From Octopus vulgaris (taxonomy: Eukaryota), in contig OX597817.1 of assembly GCA_951406725.2 (NCBI GenBank), positions 88,660,001-88,724,000 on the forward strand: 64,000 bases of DNA, given 5' to 3'. Shown here in pieces: positions 50,184-64,000 of the stretch (positions are counted from its first letter, which is position 1; each line of letters opens with the position of its first letter). The notes under the pieces were generated by a model that was given only the letters and a program-made list of their open reading frames with translations, did no database searches and was not told the origin of the DNA. A program made the translations under genes and the position numbers.

Positions 50184-50302
50184 CTTATGGAAACTTTATA
50201 TACCTACACTTATATTTCATATTAAATATTATCCTTAAACCAATCCTATTTAAATTTGAATATGTGTGCATTCTACCCACCCCCATATAGAATTATATAG
50301 AG

Positions 50303-50560
50303 GGTGTATGGCCTTGTGGTTAGGGTGTTGCACTTGCAATCGCTAGATCGTGGTTTCAATTTGTAGACTGGGTGGTGCATTGTGTTCCTCAGCAAAACAC
50401 TTCATTTCACGTTGCTCTGTGATCACTTCAACAGCTTAAGTGTGGTACACCGTGCACCTGTTCAGTCAATGTCAATTTGATGGAGAGAATGAAATAATGT
50501 GCAGCATGGATGTAATAAATCATTTGTGCAGATCATTCGGCAAAAGCTGAACACTCATAC
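50303..50560 (+). mobile_element. Third tRNA-derived SINE type
   Basis: A-box-like TGGCCTTGTGG and B-box-like GGTTTCAATT head followed by non-tRNA body. Confidence 0.5.
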
Positions 50561-51467
50561 ATCATACATATATACAAGATTCTTTCAGTTTCTATCTACC
50601 ACATATATATTATTATCATTTTAACATAAACTTCACCATGCTTGCAAGGGTTGGATGGAGTTTACTGAGTCTCATTTTCTACATCCGGATGTCCTATGTG
50701 CTACCAACTGTTATCTGTTTCCAAGCAAGGCAATATTTCTCAATGGCAAGACATGTTCTTGCAGAATACTGGAGATGGAAAGTGCTGCTAGTATGACAGT
50801 GACAATCATTTCATAACTATCATGCAATGTCAAGACTAGGAGGCACGAAATATACACTCACACACCATACATATATACAACAAGATTCTTTCAGTTTCTA
50901 TCTACCAAGTTCATTCATAAGGCTTTTGATCAGCCTGGAGCCATAATAGGAGACACTTGCCCAAGGTGCCACGCAGTGGAACTGAATCAGGAACTGTATA
51001 GTTTGGAAGCAAACTTCTTACCACACCTGCTCTTACAATACCCATGTACATGTGTATCTTTTCTTTTGATATTATTGGACAGTACAAATGTAAAGGAGGC
51101 CAACAAAAATCAACAACTGTATCTTCTTTTACTCTTTGTCATCAGATTTCAGCCATGCTAGGGCACTGCCTTGAAAGGTTTGGCCACACACATTGACCCC
51201 AGTACTTATTCTATCAGTCTCTTACGCCAAACTACTGTTACAGAGACATAAACAAACCAATACCAGCTGTCAAGCATTGCTGGAGGACAGATACACACAT
51301 ATGCAATGGGCTTCTTTCAGTTTCTCTTAACCAAATCCACTCACACGGCTTTGGTTGTCCCAGGGCTATAGCAGAAGACACATGCCCAATGTGTCACACA
51401 GTGAGACTGACTCCAGAACCATGAGGGAATAAACTTGATCAAGATATATAAATATGTCTTATCTTAC

Positions 51468-51583
51468 CCTGGGTACATGGCAACAGGACCTCTACGATCT
51501 TGTTCTCGTTTGCGCTGTTCCTTTTTCCTGTTTTCCGTGGGAGGCTTTGCTAATGATACTTCTATTTCCATACCACCAATTTT
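51468..51583 (-). CDS. SYNCRIP: hnRNP Q/R exon, RRM3 end
   Basis: KIGGMEIEVSLAKPPTENRKKEQRKREQDRRGPVAMYP; 116 nt, phase 0/2. Confidence 0.9.
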
Positions 51584-51710
51584 CTAAAAGAGACAAAAAT
51601 TAAACAAAGACACAGGGAACAAATACAACAACAAAACAGTTTTCTGGTTTAATAGTGAATATATGAAAGATAAAAAAAAGGACAAACATGTGAAATACAA
51701 TGCTACTTAC

Positions 51711-51884
51711 TTGATTATTCAGAGATTCAAGAGCTTTTAAAGCATCTTCCCGTTCTTCAAAGTGGATGAAACCATAGTCTTTTATTTTTTTAGCTCGTTC
51801 TAGTTTACCAAAATATCCAAATTTTTCTTTTAAAAGTTCTTCTGTAACATCTGAGGTAAGATTTCTTACATACAATACCTTTAC
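51711..51884 (-). CDS. SYNCRIP: hnRNP Q/R exon, RRM3
   Basis: [46 protein letters not shown]...; 174 nt, phase 0/0. Confidence 0.93.
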
Positions 51885-54191
51885 CTGGTGATGGATGGGG
51901 ATAACAGACGGAAATGGAGGAAAAGGAAGGGGAAGAGGGTAGAATTAAAGGGAAAAGAAGAGAAAAGAAACAAGAGGAAAGAATTAAAATCCAGATTAAA
52001 GGATGAATATCAATATACTGAAATGGTAAAGTGTAGCAATGTCTATCTGTGACTAGAAAAATATTAGCAGATAATTAAAATAAATATATTTCCAACAGGC
52101 AATGGCATGGCTGTGTGAACATAGAGTTTGCTTTGCTAGCACATGGTCTCAAGTTCCATCTCATTGTGCAGCAAATTAGGCAAATGTTTTCTATGCTAGC
52201 TTTGGGTCACCCAATGCCTTAAGAGTAAAACTGGTAGACAGAAACTCCAAGGAAGGCCATTGCACATGTATACATACACACACGTGTGTGCGTGCATATG
52301 TGTGTGTATAAATGTTTAGATTATTTGCTTTGTTTGAAAAGAGCTGAGTTAAAAACATTAACGTTTGTTGACATTCTTTGTCAACAAATTCTCTGCTAGC
52401 ACTGCACTTCCAAAGAAAAGTGTAATAAAAAGGCTCTTTGCTTGAAAAACAAGGGTTAGCAGCGAGAAAGACATTCAACTGCAAAATAAAATCTTAATAT
52501 ATATTCACTCAACCCATGTTAGCACGACAAAATAGATGGTAACATCATCATCATTTAATGTCCACTTTCCATGCTGGTATGGGTTGGACGGTTTGACAGA
52601 AGCTGGTGAGCAAGAGAACTTGTGTAAAGCTCTACTGTTTGCTTTGGTATGGCTTCTATAGCTGGATTCCTTTTTAATTCCAACCACTTTACAGAGTGTA
52701 CTGGGTGCTTTTTATGTGAAGCCAGCACCAGTGAAGTCACTAAGTAACTTACAATTGAGGAAGAAGTAGTATTGGAAAAAGTGGGTACTACAAACAATAA
52801 AATCCTGTAATCAAAAATAGAATTACAATTAAGACGCAATTCTTTTTCACGCAAATTTTGCTTGTTTCAATCTACATGGAGTGAAACAGTAGTTAAGGTG
52901 TTCAATTCTTGCCATACCCTTTTTGCTGTATTTTAGATGAAACACACTTCCTAGTCTGTTTGCTTAGTAGTAAGAAAGACATCCAAATATAACAAAACAT
53001 TCTATTTTTATTATGCCCAGCATTTTTCTGAATGATAAAGTCAGTTTATAGGTTTGCATTAGACTATTCACAGTATTTCTGCTGATAAAAATGACAAAAG
53101 ATAGTAACTGAGAGTGCAGGAATATGCATGCATTTGTGTGTGCATGAGTGTATGTAGGTGCATGCACGTGTATCTGTGTGTGTGCATGTAGGTGCATGCA
53201 TATGCGTTTGTGTGAGTGAATTTCTATTTCCTCTTCTCTTCAAGTGTGGTCAAACTGTAAACAAGTCTCACTGTTAATACAGACAGTATCCTTTGGTTGT
53301 AGTCCACTGCAAAAGCCAGTCTGAGCTGTTCATTGTTAGACAGAGTACGGTTAATAGCTTTCTTGCAAACAGATGGAGTTGGCATTGGGAAGAGCATCCA
53401 GTTGTAGAAATAATGGCCCAATAAAATCTTAGCTAACCCATGAAAGCATGGAAAAGTGGACATACATATACACAATGGCTTCCACAATTGCAGTTTATCA
53501 AAATTCACTCACAAAACTTTTGATCAACCTGGGGATACAGTGAAGATTTCCTGACCAAAAATATTTGCAGTAGGATTGAACTCTGAACTAGGGGGCTCAA
53601 AGCAAACTTGTTAACCACATACCCATATCTGCACCAGTTTCTTCCACAGATGATTGGGAAAAGTCTCCAAAACACCAAGCTATGAGCTAGTGCTTAGTTC
53701 TGATTTTTAGAGTATGAAGTCTAAATCCTATTCCTGGATATTAGAACATATGTCTACTACATGTAATAACCAATGGCCTGGTATTTATTCCAGTTACGTG
53801 CAATGATGCTCTGTAAAATAAAGAGTTCTTACCCAGAAACACAGCACTTTGACTACAGCAGATTTGAACACCTTACTTATGAGCAGCTAGTTTACTACTT
53901 TACCCACTTGAAAAACTGAATTGCTCCAGATACTCTATTTAAATACAAGGTTTTTGATGGTAATCAGACAACCTAACATCACTGACCGCTCAACTGTTGA
54001 GCCAAACGAATCCTCTGCACATTCACTTGACCTGCTTAAAATAATAGTCAAATTACCCCAAATCATAACCGGCTTTGTCTTAAATAAAAAAAAAAGGAAC
54101 ACATTGAATAGTACAGTGATGTTTGTGACACATACACACAGTATATAGAAATATAGAAATTTATGATTACAATGAACAAATCAATATTTAC

Positions 54192-54400
54192 CTTGGACAT
54201 GGTGGATGTATCAGGTTCCTCTAAAGGATCAGCCCAGTCAACAACAAATTCCCCTCCCCAAGCTTTCAAACTCCTCGAAGTAAATCTCCGTTTTGCAGCA
54301 GATGCACTCTTGTGGGAATCATATTCAAGGAAGGCGAACCCCCGGTTCTTCCATTTGGGGTTGTCAGCTGAGCCATAAACAATTACATCAACAAGACCTT
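54192..54400 (-). CDS. SYNCRIP: hnRNP Q/R exon, RRM2
   Basis: GLVDVIVY...KNRGFAFLEYDSHKSA...VDWADPLEEPDTSTMSK; 209 nt, phase 1/0. Confidence 0.93.
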
Positions 54401-54996
54401 CTGCAAAGTAAGCAATGGAAAACAACTCCATAGTGTTAGAGGCATACAAGGCAAAAAAAAAAGAAGAAAAAACAAGGAACTGTCTGCATTAGGGAAATTT
54501 TAATCCTTTAGTAATAAAGCAGTCATATCCAGCCCAAATATTCTACCTGTTTTATTTTCAAACTGACCAGATCCAACCTACTATGTTATTGTGAAAATAA
54601 ACAAACACATCATCAAAATCTCAAAAACAATGTGAATAAATAAGCATTACATTTGAGAGGGTAATCTGAATGCTAAAGCAAAACTTGTGGCCATCTAAAG
54701 AAAGTTTTTTTTTTTACTTAAAACTAATAAAATAATTTTTTTAATAGTATATAGTACTGTATCTTTGTAATACTTAGTACTACAGAAAGGGTATAGTACA
54801 CATATATCCTTGGGCTTTGCTTTAGAAGATACAATACTTCATGAAACTACCATAATGTTGTATTATCATAGTCCCAATAAAGACACTTATGCAGCTTCAG
54901 CGATCGCCTATGTGACTTAGGCAGATAGAGGGCATATTGTTAGTATTTCAAGGCAAAACAATCAGAAATTACAATTACCCTTTGCGTGTGTTTCAG

Positions 54997-55028
<32 letters not shown>

Positions 55029-55239
55029 CATACACATGCACACACACTCCAATTCTACCTCATCCACACTATACATACACATGAAATACAATCCTACATT
55101 ATTAAAATTATATACAAATGAATACATATATATATACATACACACATATACACAAGGGAGGGAGAAAGCAATTCCCAATGTCAACAAAACACTATGAAAG
55201 GAATATTTCTAAACAATCATATACAATATTTTTGCTTAC

Positions 55240-55375
55240 CTGTTAATTTGGAGAATTCTTCTTTGATGTCCTCTTTTGACTTACTCTTTGGAATACTGCC
55301 AACATACAGGCGAACATTGGCAATGGATATGTTCACCTTCAAGCGTTTACCTTTTCGAATTTCATGGTTGTCAAG
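55240..55375 (-). CDS. SYNCRIP: hnRNP Q/R exon, RRM1 end / RRM2 start
   Basis: LDNHEIRKGKRLKVNISIANVRLYVGSIPKSKSKEDIKEEFSKLT; 136 nt, phase 0/1. Confidence 0.93.
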
Positions 55376-56622
55376 CTATCATAACCAAAGAAAAAAAAAT
55401 TTTAAGTACACAAAGGAAATTCTAGCTTATTAGAAAGATCAAATTAACCATATGATTAATTTGAAAACAGATCAATTACAAAGTTAGGTAATTGAGAGAA
55501 AACCATATATACATACATACACACACAATGTATGTGTGTATATTTATCATGTATGTGTGTATGTAATATATGCCTGGCCAAAAGTCACACATCAGACATT
55601 TGAGATTTTATTTCTATTACATTATTATTATTAATTTTGTTCATCATGTACAAGCACATGTATTCATCATTATTTTATTTATTTTATTCAAATGTAGTAA
55701 AATTGAAGCATGTTTTTGACAATTCAGGAGCAATACTGACCTTTATGAGCATGTCTTTTGGACCACCCTATAATATATATACACCACACGTATAATTTCA
55801 TACATATTGACAGATATAGTAGAAATAAAGATTACACACTGATGCCAGTGTCGTCTGACTGGCACCTGTGCCACGTAAAAAGCACTATTTGAGCATGGTC
55901 GATGCCAGTGCCGCTTGACTGGCTCCTATGTCAGTAGCACATAAAGAGCACTCACTTCATTCTCAGAGTGGTTGGCATTAAGAAGGGCATCCAGCTGTAG
56001 GAATCTTGCCAAATCAGATTGGAGCCTGGTGCAGCCTCCCAGCTTGCCAGTTGTCAGTCAAGCCATCCAGCCCATGCCAGCATGGAAAGCAGATGTTAAA
56101 TGACAATGATGATGATGACGACACACATATAAATCATCATCATTTATTTCAATATCCACTTACAGGCTTGCATGAATCAAATAGAAACCACTGAGGCAGA
56201 TTTTCTATGGCAGATGCCCTTCCTGTGGCCAAGCCCTGATATATTTTCACAGAAGATTGGAAATAAAGGACACTGCTTGTATGATGGTGATGCTTATTTA
56301 AAACTATCACGCATAGTCAAGACAAGAAGACACAAGCATACCTACACATCATCGTTGTCAACTTCATCATCATCATCTCAGTTTTCCTTGCTGGCATGTG
56401 ATGGATGGTTTGACAGGATCTAGTGAGGCATAGGGCTTCATGCCAGCATTGGTATGGTTTCTACAGCTGACACATACATATACAAATATGGCAAACTTCT
56501 TTCAGTTTGCATCAACCAAATCCACTTACCCAAGATGTCATGTAGTGGGACTGAACCTGAAATGTGGTTGGGAGGCAAACCACTGAACCATATAGCCATG
56601 GCTGCATCTATATCCAACCATC

Positions 56623-56625
<3 letters not shown>

Positions 56626-56686
<61 letters not shown>

Positions 56687-56706
56687 CATACACACACACA
56701 CACACA
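56626..56706. repeat. Compound (TG)n(TA)n(CA)n microsatellite
   Basis: Seen directly. Confidence 0.9.
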
Positions 56707-57280
56707 AGTAAGCACATAAATACAAAACAAGGTGGACAAAAATCGTACTGGAATAGAGTAATATGCTTTTATTAAAGCTGCAAAATCTTCACCAACTGTT
56801 CCTGCTCATTGGACAGTTGTGATGAATACTGTATTTATCATGAATGTGTGATAAACAGGAATGTGAAATTCTGAGTAACAGTGAAGATTTTGCAGTTTTA
56901 ATAAGCACGTGTACATACACACACATATATATATATATGGATGATGAAGATAATATTGATATAAGAGAAGAAAGGTAACATTTATATGTGTGACAGTAAA
57001 TGAGGGTGAGATGCACTGGCATTATTTCAGTTAATTTAAAAAGCTAATCAGCTAATCAACAAATCTGAAGGATGAAGTAAAATAACTTTGTTATTGTTAG
57101 CTGTTGATAAACCATTGAGTTAGAAATATATATTCTAAAGAAATTATATGTAAAGAAATGGAAAAAAAAACCCCAGAATACAAATGCATCAGAAGATAAA
57201 ATATGAAATGTTTGCAGATAAATCCAACAAAAATAAAATTAAAAAAGAAAAAGGTTTGTGATGGTTATGAAGGAACTAAC

Positions 57281-57457
57281 CTGTTTTTTGGCTTCTACAG
57301 CCCCTTCTTTCTCACAGAAAGTCACAAAACAATATCCTCGACTGAAGCCAGTCACTGAATCAACCATTAACCGCAAGTCCCAGATTTTGCCACATTTTTC
57401 AAATAACGGAATTAACTCATCTTCAAATATATCTTTTGGGATTTTCCCACAAAAGAC
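57281..57457 (-). CDS. SYNCRIP: hnRNP Q/R exon, RRM1
   Basis: VFCGKIPKDIFEDELIPLFEKCGKIWDLRLMVDSVTGFSRGYCFVTF...; phase 0/0; canonical splice sites. Confidence 0.93.
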
Positions 57458-59549
57458 CTAAAATAGAAAATAGGAATGAACAGTTACTTCACTGAAAATA
57501 CCTAAAATTGCAATATTCTGGGGGTCATTAGATTCATGGCACTGGGCATTTGGTAGATTTTTTTGTTTATATTAAAACAAATCAACAGTTCTTATCACAT
57601 AAATTTATAACAGAATTACATGCTCATACATGTCTCCCCACTGTTATGAAAGCATTGCATCTCCAAAAATGTTATAATAGAGAATTCAATAGAAAATATG
57701 TTACATGGGATAAAATTCCACCAAAAAGCAAGATTTTTCAAGAATGCAATGCTGTAATGTTGGGGTTGTATGTGTGAGTGCTGCTACTTATTTCAGTCAC
57801 TGGACTGTGTCCATGCTGGGGTACAGCCTTGAAGGATTTAGTCAAACAAATCAACCCAAGCATTTATCTTTTACACCTGTTATTTATCCTATCAGTCTCT
57901 TTTACTGAATCGCTAAGTTAAGGGACCAAGAACCAACAGCAAACACAAAGATGCACACACATAGATATGTACAAAAGGCTTCTTTCAGTTTCCATCTACC
58001 AAATCTACTCACAAAGCTTTGGTGGGCCCAGGACTATAGTAGAAGACACTTACCTGAAGTGTCACACAGTGGGACTGAGCCCAGGGCCACATGGTTGGGA
58101 AGCAAACATCTCAACCACACACATATATATACACAGACATACATACACATATTTCTGTTTGTATATTTTATGCCTATTTTACCATACTACAATGGCTTGG
58201 ATGAAAGCATTATTAAGGCATTATTTTACAACTGGATGCCCTTTCTTTGTCATTAGCTCTTACTTGTTTTACAATGGTTCTTTCTATTTTTTTTATACCA
58301 CTCATCTTCAAAAGTGAAGAGCTAGGGAACAAATATATACTCAACATTTTTCATCTGAGGAGACAAAATTTAATATGTGTAGGTGCACATACAGACACAA
58401 TAGGCTTCCCTATCCTTATGTATATATGCATATATGTCAGCATGAATATACACGTACAATATACAGAAATTATTTTAGCCTAAAGGAACAGGTCAGTGCT
58501 TATAGGACCCTTCAGTCCTTTCTGAAATTATGAGTTGTTGCTGAGGTTGATGGTCAACTGAAATTTTGGTAGGTTGATACTTCTAGAGAGTGAAATGAAA
58601 ATAAGTCCTATAAAACTGTATCTTAGTGAGATCTAAACTCAGAACAAATACCTCAAGGAATTTTGTTGATACTTTAATCATTCAGCCAATTCACCATCCG
58701 AAACATTGATGTCTAATTTAGGCACAAAGCCAGGAGTTTTGATTGAAAAGAGTTGGTAAGTCAATACCACAGACCATAGTACTTAACTGGTAATTCATTT
58801 TTTCAATCCCAGAAGGATGAATGGCATAGTTGACTTCTGAATGTTAAGAGCTGATGCATTTTAACTGATACTCCTATGATTCTACCAATCTACTGCCTTT
58901 ATAATAAGAATTGATTCTAACACAAATGCAAGCTATGAAATTTGGATGAGGGGAATTGTTGATGATACTGACCCCAGTAAATGACCAGTACTTTACTGTA
59001 TTGAACCTGAAAGGATGAAAGGCAAAATTGACTTCAGTAGTATCTGAACCCAAAACATAAAGATCCAAAATTATGTTTACTTTATTAACAAGACAATATA
59101 ATGTGAAACTGTATGCGATGATGATGGTTTCAAAGTTTGGCGCAAGGCCAACAATTCTGAGGGGAGGGGATTAATCAATATCCTCGAATACAGTACTTGA
59201 CTGGTATTTAATTCACAGATGCTGGTGTAATTTGAACTCAGAATATGAGTTGAACTGGAAGAAATACCGCTAGATTCTGGCAGCCTTAACAATAATCTTT
59301 TTTTCTGTAGGTGCAAGGCTTGAAATTTTGAGGAAGGAGGCTAACCAATTACAAAGATCCTAATGCTCAACTGCTACTTATTTTATTGACCCTAATAGGA
59401 TGAAAGGCAAAGTTGACCATGGCAGAATTAGAACTCATAAAACAAAGCAAAAAGAAATGCCATTAACCATTTCATCCAGTGTGCTGATTCTGCCAGCTTG
59501 CTGCCTAAACAGTAGTAGTAGTAGTAGTAGTAGTAATGTTCTCACTTAC

Positions 59550-59657
59550 TTCATGGCCAGAACCTGGTGATATGCCTGTCCAATCAGGTGGTGGACCGCC
59601 ATATTTCCGCTGTCCTGTCGTAACATCAAGTGTGTAACCTGTACGAGCTAATATTTC
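59550..59657 (-). CDS. SYNCRIP: hnRNP Q/R (SYNCRIP-like) exon, pre-RRM1
   Basis: AG/GT-bounded 108-nt exon: EILARTGYTLDVTTGQRKYGGPPPDWTGISPGSGHE, a hallmark hnRNP Q/R motif. Confidence 0.93.
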
Positions 59658-59829
59658 CTAAAAAAAATAATAAAATTGGAATGTCACGATAGAAATAAAT
59701 ATATTTTCTTTATTGGCCACAAGGGCCAAACACATAATAAAAAAGAACAATACAAAACAAGGAACAAGTGGAGCTTAGAGCAAAAACACATGTATACAAC
59801 ACAAATAATAACAATTAACAAAATTTAAA

Positions 59830-60270
59830 CAATAAAATTACCCAAATGAGGAGGCCAACCAAGGAACACCATATATCCTGGTTACTCCTTTCACCAAGGG
59901 CACCTCTCTCTTCCTCAATCCCCCGACCTATAAATATATGTTCAGGGTAGGCCCATTCACATGGGTCATCCTCACCACATTCAACCACCTTTCAACAAAA
60001 ATACTGGGGGGCAGCACTTTCCCCTTCACCCTCAATTTTCTTTTTAAGTGGAACGTGAAAAAGTCTAAGTCTAAAGTCTTCAGTCTTTTCAACTTCATCC
60101 ACCACACTACATCTGTAACCATAGTCACCAAGATAGAGGAAAACTGTGAGCCCTTCCTAGCCAAAAGAAGGTGGTGGGACAATCCTCACGATGGAGTTAG
60201 CTAATAACTGGATCCATCTTACATGTGTCAACAGTTGTGTGTGACAAAGCTCTACAAGTCAACAATGCTC
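59830..60270 (-). mobile_element. Degenerate non-LTR (L1/Tx1-like) ORF2 3' end
   Basis: ORF 59928-60182 with VVWWMKLK...FHLKRKLRV...FVERW, resembling a Tx1/L1 ORF2 C-terminus; clade uncertain. Confidence 0.4.
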
Positions 60271-63074
60271 AGACACTAGTCAAAATAACAATGATTTTTT
60301 TTATGTACAATTTTATAAGAAGGCAGAATATACTTGACTCCCAATAAATTAGTAATATTTAGTCTATTATCTTCCAAAACATAAAAGGTGAACTTGACCT
60401 CAGAACTTTATCTGGTGTGTGGGAGGAAGGACTATAGTCAATTATATTGACTCCAGTACTTGATTGGTACTTCATGTTGACTTCAGTGAAATCTGAACTA
60501 TGAATGTAAAGGATTGTAACTCACCAAAGTTGCAAAGGTTTGATGCTGAAATGATGTCTAATAATGGTTTCTATTTGAGTTACTACTTCAGGTAAGTGGT
60601 AACAATCATCTCCCTTCCAAAGGTACTAAGTAAACATACATATAATATTTTTGTTAACTGTAGTTTTATTGCTTTGTTTGAAAGGAAAGGTTCCACGGTT
60701 GTTACTGGTCCTTCAGGATAGTTGATCTTCTTCAACAGTTGTAAATTAAAGACAAGGAAAGACAAAGCTAAGGTAAAATTTCCAGAAGGCCAATATTCTA
60801 ACAGGGAAAGGTTGAGTGTGTAGTGGTTAATGCAGGGCCTAGGAATGACAATGTGGGTGACATGTGACTTGGATGGAACTAGTAGAAGCAGAGTAAGGAG
60901 ACAGAACTTCTGTGAGCCTAGGTTGGAATGTGCTGCTAAATGATTTTATGCTGAAGATGCTATAAATCTAACACATGTACCACTATTATTATGAACCTCA
61001 CTCAGCTGTTTTATCTTATATAACTTTTTTTTTAATGGTAGCTTCCAGTTTAGGGGGAAATTTATTCTATAGCACAAAATATTTTCAGCTGCTGCAACAA
61101 ACTAAGAAGTGATAAAATTAATGCCAACTCTTAATTACTCACATCAATCTCAATTGCTAACCGGAAAAAATAACAACCTTTCTTATCTGGACTCTTCAGT
61201 TGTAAATACAACAGTAATGTACCTACAATGATACTGCAGTAGATGTTCTTTTTGGTTAGCTCCACTGAAGTCTTGAAAGAGCAAACCAAAGATCAAAACT
61301 GGTAATCTTTTTCTACAAACTGTATTGTCCGATGTATTGATTTAAAAAAAATTTATTTAATCTGATTTCCAGCTAAATATGAAGGACAAGTATTTCCAAG
61401 AACAGGAGATGTAAACAGGAGCTATGACACTAGCACCATTAGTAAAGGCACCAATGGGTGTTAGTGGAACAGAAATTATCTAAGTAGTGAAGCAAAAGCA
61501 GGTCAAAGACTTCACTTTTCATGGACATCTCTAAAGAGCCATTTGCTTTTGAGAGCATGAGTCTAGTCTGATGAAAAACTCTTCCAACAGGGAAAATTAG
61601 CATGGAGTTATTTGTGATGTAAGTGTCGGCACAGCAATTACAGAATAGACCAGATAAAAAAATGAAAATATAAATATCGTCTTTCTAATAAGAAATAATC
61701 ATTGCTACAAAACTTCTCACTGTTGTTGCTCTTCCTATACCAACACGAGCTGGATAAAAATTACTGATGAGTATTTTGTGGTTAGTTGCCCTTCCTGTAG
61801 CCAATGCTTGCTTTTCAGATATGGTAATTTTGTTTCACTGGTCTCTACACATGACAAACTTGTCAAGATCCAGCACATATATTTGTTTTTACAAGACATA
61901 AACAATCACCAGCTTTTTGTTCAAATAGAACACTGAAAGTATGTAGAAACATTTACACATGCATGCATATATACACAAGAAGCATGTGATCCCTTGTTTG
62001 ATCCCACTGCATGCAACACCTAGGGCTAATGCCTTCTGGCATACTTCAACTCAATGAGTACCCTAAAAAGTAACATTTAGTACATAGATATGTGTGTTAG
62101 TGTCGGTACATTAGAGAAAGATACATGATGTTAAATAAAATTGTCAATAAATCAGTAGATCAAACAAAAATACTTTGCACTTTTTATTTGCCTGAATTTG
62201 ACCAACACTCCCTTGTCACTCTCCACTCTCACCCTCAAAATGCAGTGAAATGTTGATTGTCTCACTGCAAAGCTACAGCCAATGATACTATTATTTACAA
62301 AATGTACATTACAGAATTTAAAAATACACAGGAACACACACATACAAACATACATAAAACTGTAGAATTAATGAGAACTGTCCACTAGATGGTAACTTCC
62401 TGGCAAAGTCGACAGTAAACAGTGTAAAGGCTGAATCAAACAGCAGTGATCAACCTAAAACATATATTGGGGCAAGGGAGCTCACATTCAAAAACTGTTA
62501 TTACAAGCATGTGGTTCTTGCGCAAGACAAGTCCTCATGAATTCAAAATTACCTGGTCTAGTGCGCAACATTGCAGGAATGAGAGCTTCAAATTAAAGAT
62601 GCAGCATGACTTTTGTTTAAGCAAAAAACTGAGAATATTGGCTCAAGGCACTAATAGTTTGGACAAAAGAAATGAACTGTTAATGCCATGTACGCATGTG
62701 GCTCAAGTATTTTTTAAGCAAATAAGATTCCTTGAATTCTGGTTCAGAAAAAAAAAAAAACGTTGGTTTTTGAAATATTTCATTAATGAATTTTAGTGAT
62801 ATATGTTTTAATATGTGAGCACATAGGTACATGTCCTCAGATTGACACCCAAACACTCTGAAATGTTTGTATTGGAGCTTCCTGCACAAATGCTAAGCAG
62901 TACAGCATGTTGTTTCCAAATTTCTGGCAGAGTGAATTGTGTCATGGTGCTGTTTTTCTCACAGATGATGCTGAACATACCCTACTATATACTGTGTAGT
63001 TGACAAAATCAAAAATAGTGTGCATACGCAAAATTAAAAAATGGCGACAATTTACCCATCGCATCCCGTATATA

Positions 63075-63420
63075 TCTTTACTCTTTTATCTATTTCAGTC
63101 ATTAAACTGTGGCCATGCTGGGGCACTGCCTTGAATTTTTAGTTGAATGAATTGACACCAGTACTTATCCTTTTTTTTCTTTTAAGCTTGATATTTATTC
63201 TATCTGGTCTCTTTTGCCAAAGTCACAGGGATGTAAACACACCAACACCAGTGGAGGATAAATACCAACACACACACGCACACACATATATAACAGGCTT
63301 CTTTCACTTTGTCTACCAAATCCACTCACTATAATAGAAGACACTTGCTCAAGATGCCACACAGTGGGACTGAACTTGGAACCATGTGGGTGGAAGGTAA
63401 ACTTCTATCAATACAGCCAC
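63075..63420 (-). mobile_element. Bipartite SINE copy (similar copies at ~48255-48560, ~50880-51420, ~57785-58120)
   Basis: Homologous to 955-1397. Confidence 0.7.
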
Positions 63421-63442
63421 ACCTATATATATTTGCATTTAA

Positions 63443-64000
63443 CCCTTTCGTTAAAAAACTGCCCAAAGCCACCCGAAAAAATTTTGGTTCATGTGACCAA
63501 GCTGCCCAAAACCACCCGTAATTACCTATTCATATTTAAATGAGAATATCAGAGCAAATCTCGTTAGTACATTCGTGAAAACACGTGATTATACTTCGTA
63601 AACAGTTCATCTACAGTTTTGTATGACAATCGACGTGTAATTTTAATTCTGTGAATTTTGGGAGATTTTTTTCCAAATTTGTTCCTATTGAGTTTTCAAA
63701 ATTTGTAATTCTGACAAAAAATGGATACAAATTTCATTATATCAAGCAGCAAGTCAGAATTCGAAGGATTTTCTACTGAAGACCTTCATAAATCTAACTC
63801 TATGACTGAAAAAAAAAAGCAAGTGGTATTTGATAATGAATCCGAGAGCTCTGACAGCGATAAAGAAAATGAATTGGCACCTGAATGGAGCGAAAATTTA
63901 AAAACTGTTTCTTTCAGTGATTTTTCTGAAGAAACTGGACCAAGCCACAGTCTTTCCCAGGAGAGTAAAGCCTTAGACTATTTCTTTTTACTTTTTCGAA
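63443..64000 (+). mobile_element. piggyBac transposon left end with start of transposase ORF (63721 to >64000)
   Basis: TTAA|CCCTTTCG terminus; open frame MDTNF...SEFEGFSTEDL...acidic tract...FSEETGPSHSL...ALDYFFLLF, typical of PGBD N-termini; runs off the window. Confidence 0.75.

Noticed and set aside
50303-50375. Possible tRNA gene (also other SINE heads)
   Set aside because: A/B-box-like motifs only, no intact cloverleaf, and it continues into a repeat body, so it is a SINE head.
63038-63048. Perfect YY1-like AAAATGGCG motif
   Set aside because: Isolated motif in a presumed intron next to repeats, with no other promoter evidence.

Overview
AT-rich, repeat-dense eukaryotic DNA, most likely a coleoid cephalopod (Octopus-type SINE/RTE repeats and microsatellites; inferred from recalled repeat sequences, not from a search). 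Three host genes can be read. (1) The last six exons of a + strand CFAP54-like ciliary gene (3265-12323, poly(A) signal ~12346). (2) An intact RAD51B on + whose 358-aa CDS has no introns (19085-20161). (3) Nine exons of a - strand hnRNP Q/R (SYNCRIP-like) gene (59657 to 46257; N-terminal exons not found and probably beyond the window), whose 3' UTR may run ~14.6 kb to ~31.6 kb. Mobile DNA includes RTE LINEs with a PHD finger inserted in the RT, tRNA-derived SINEs, hAT, piggyBac, Tc1/mariner and Merlin-like MITEs (several with verifiable TIRs and TSDs), a Penelope fragment and the start of a piggyBac transposase at the right edge. The most unusual structures are a 269-bp near-perfect palindrome in an hnRNP intron, a duplicated hairpin-bearing element bracketing a CFAP54 exon, an array of conserved-stem/variable-loop hairpins in an RTE tail, and a CpG-rich island with no assigned gene that shares a recurrent GAGTTATCTCCCTT-like motif with the RAD51B upstream region. 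All coordinates were read by eye, and repeat boundaries are approximate.
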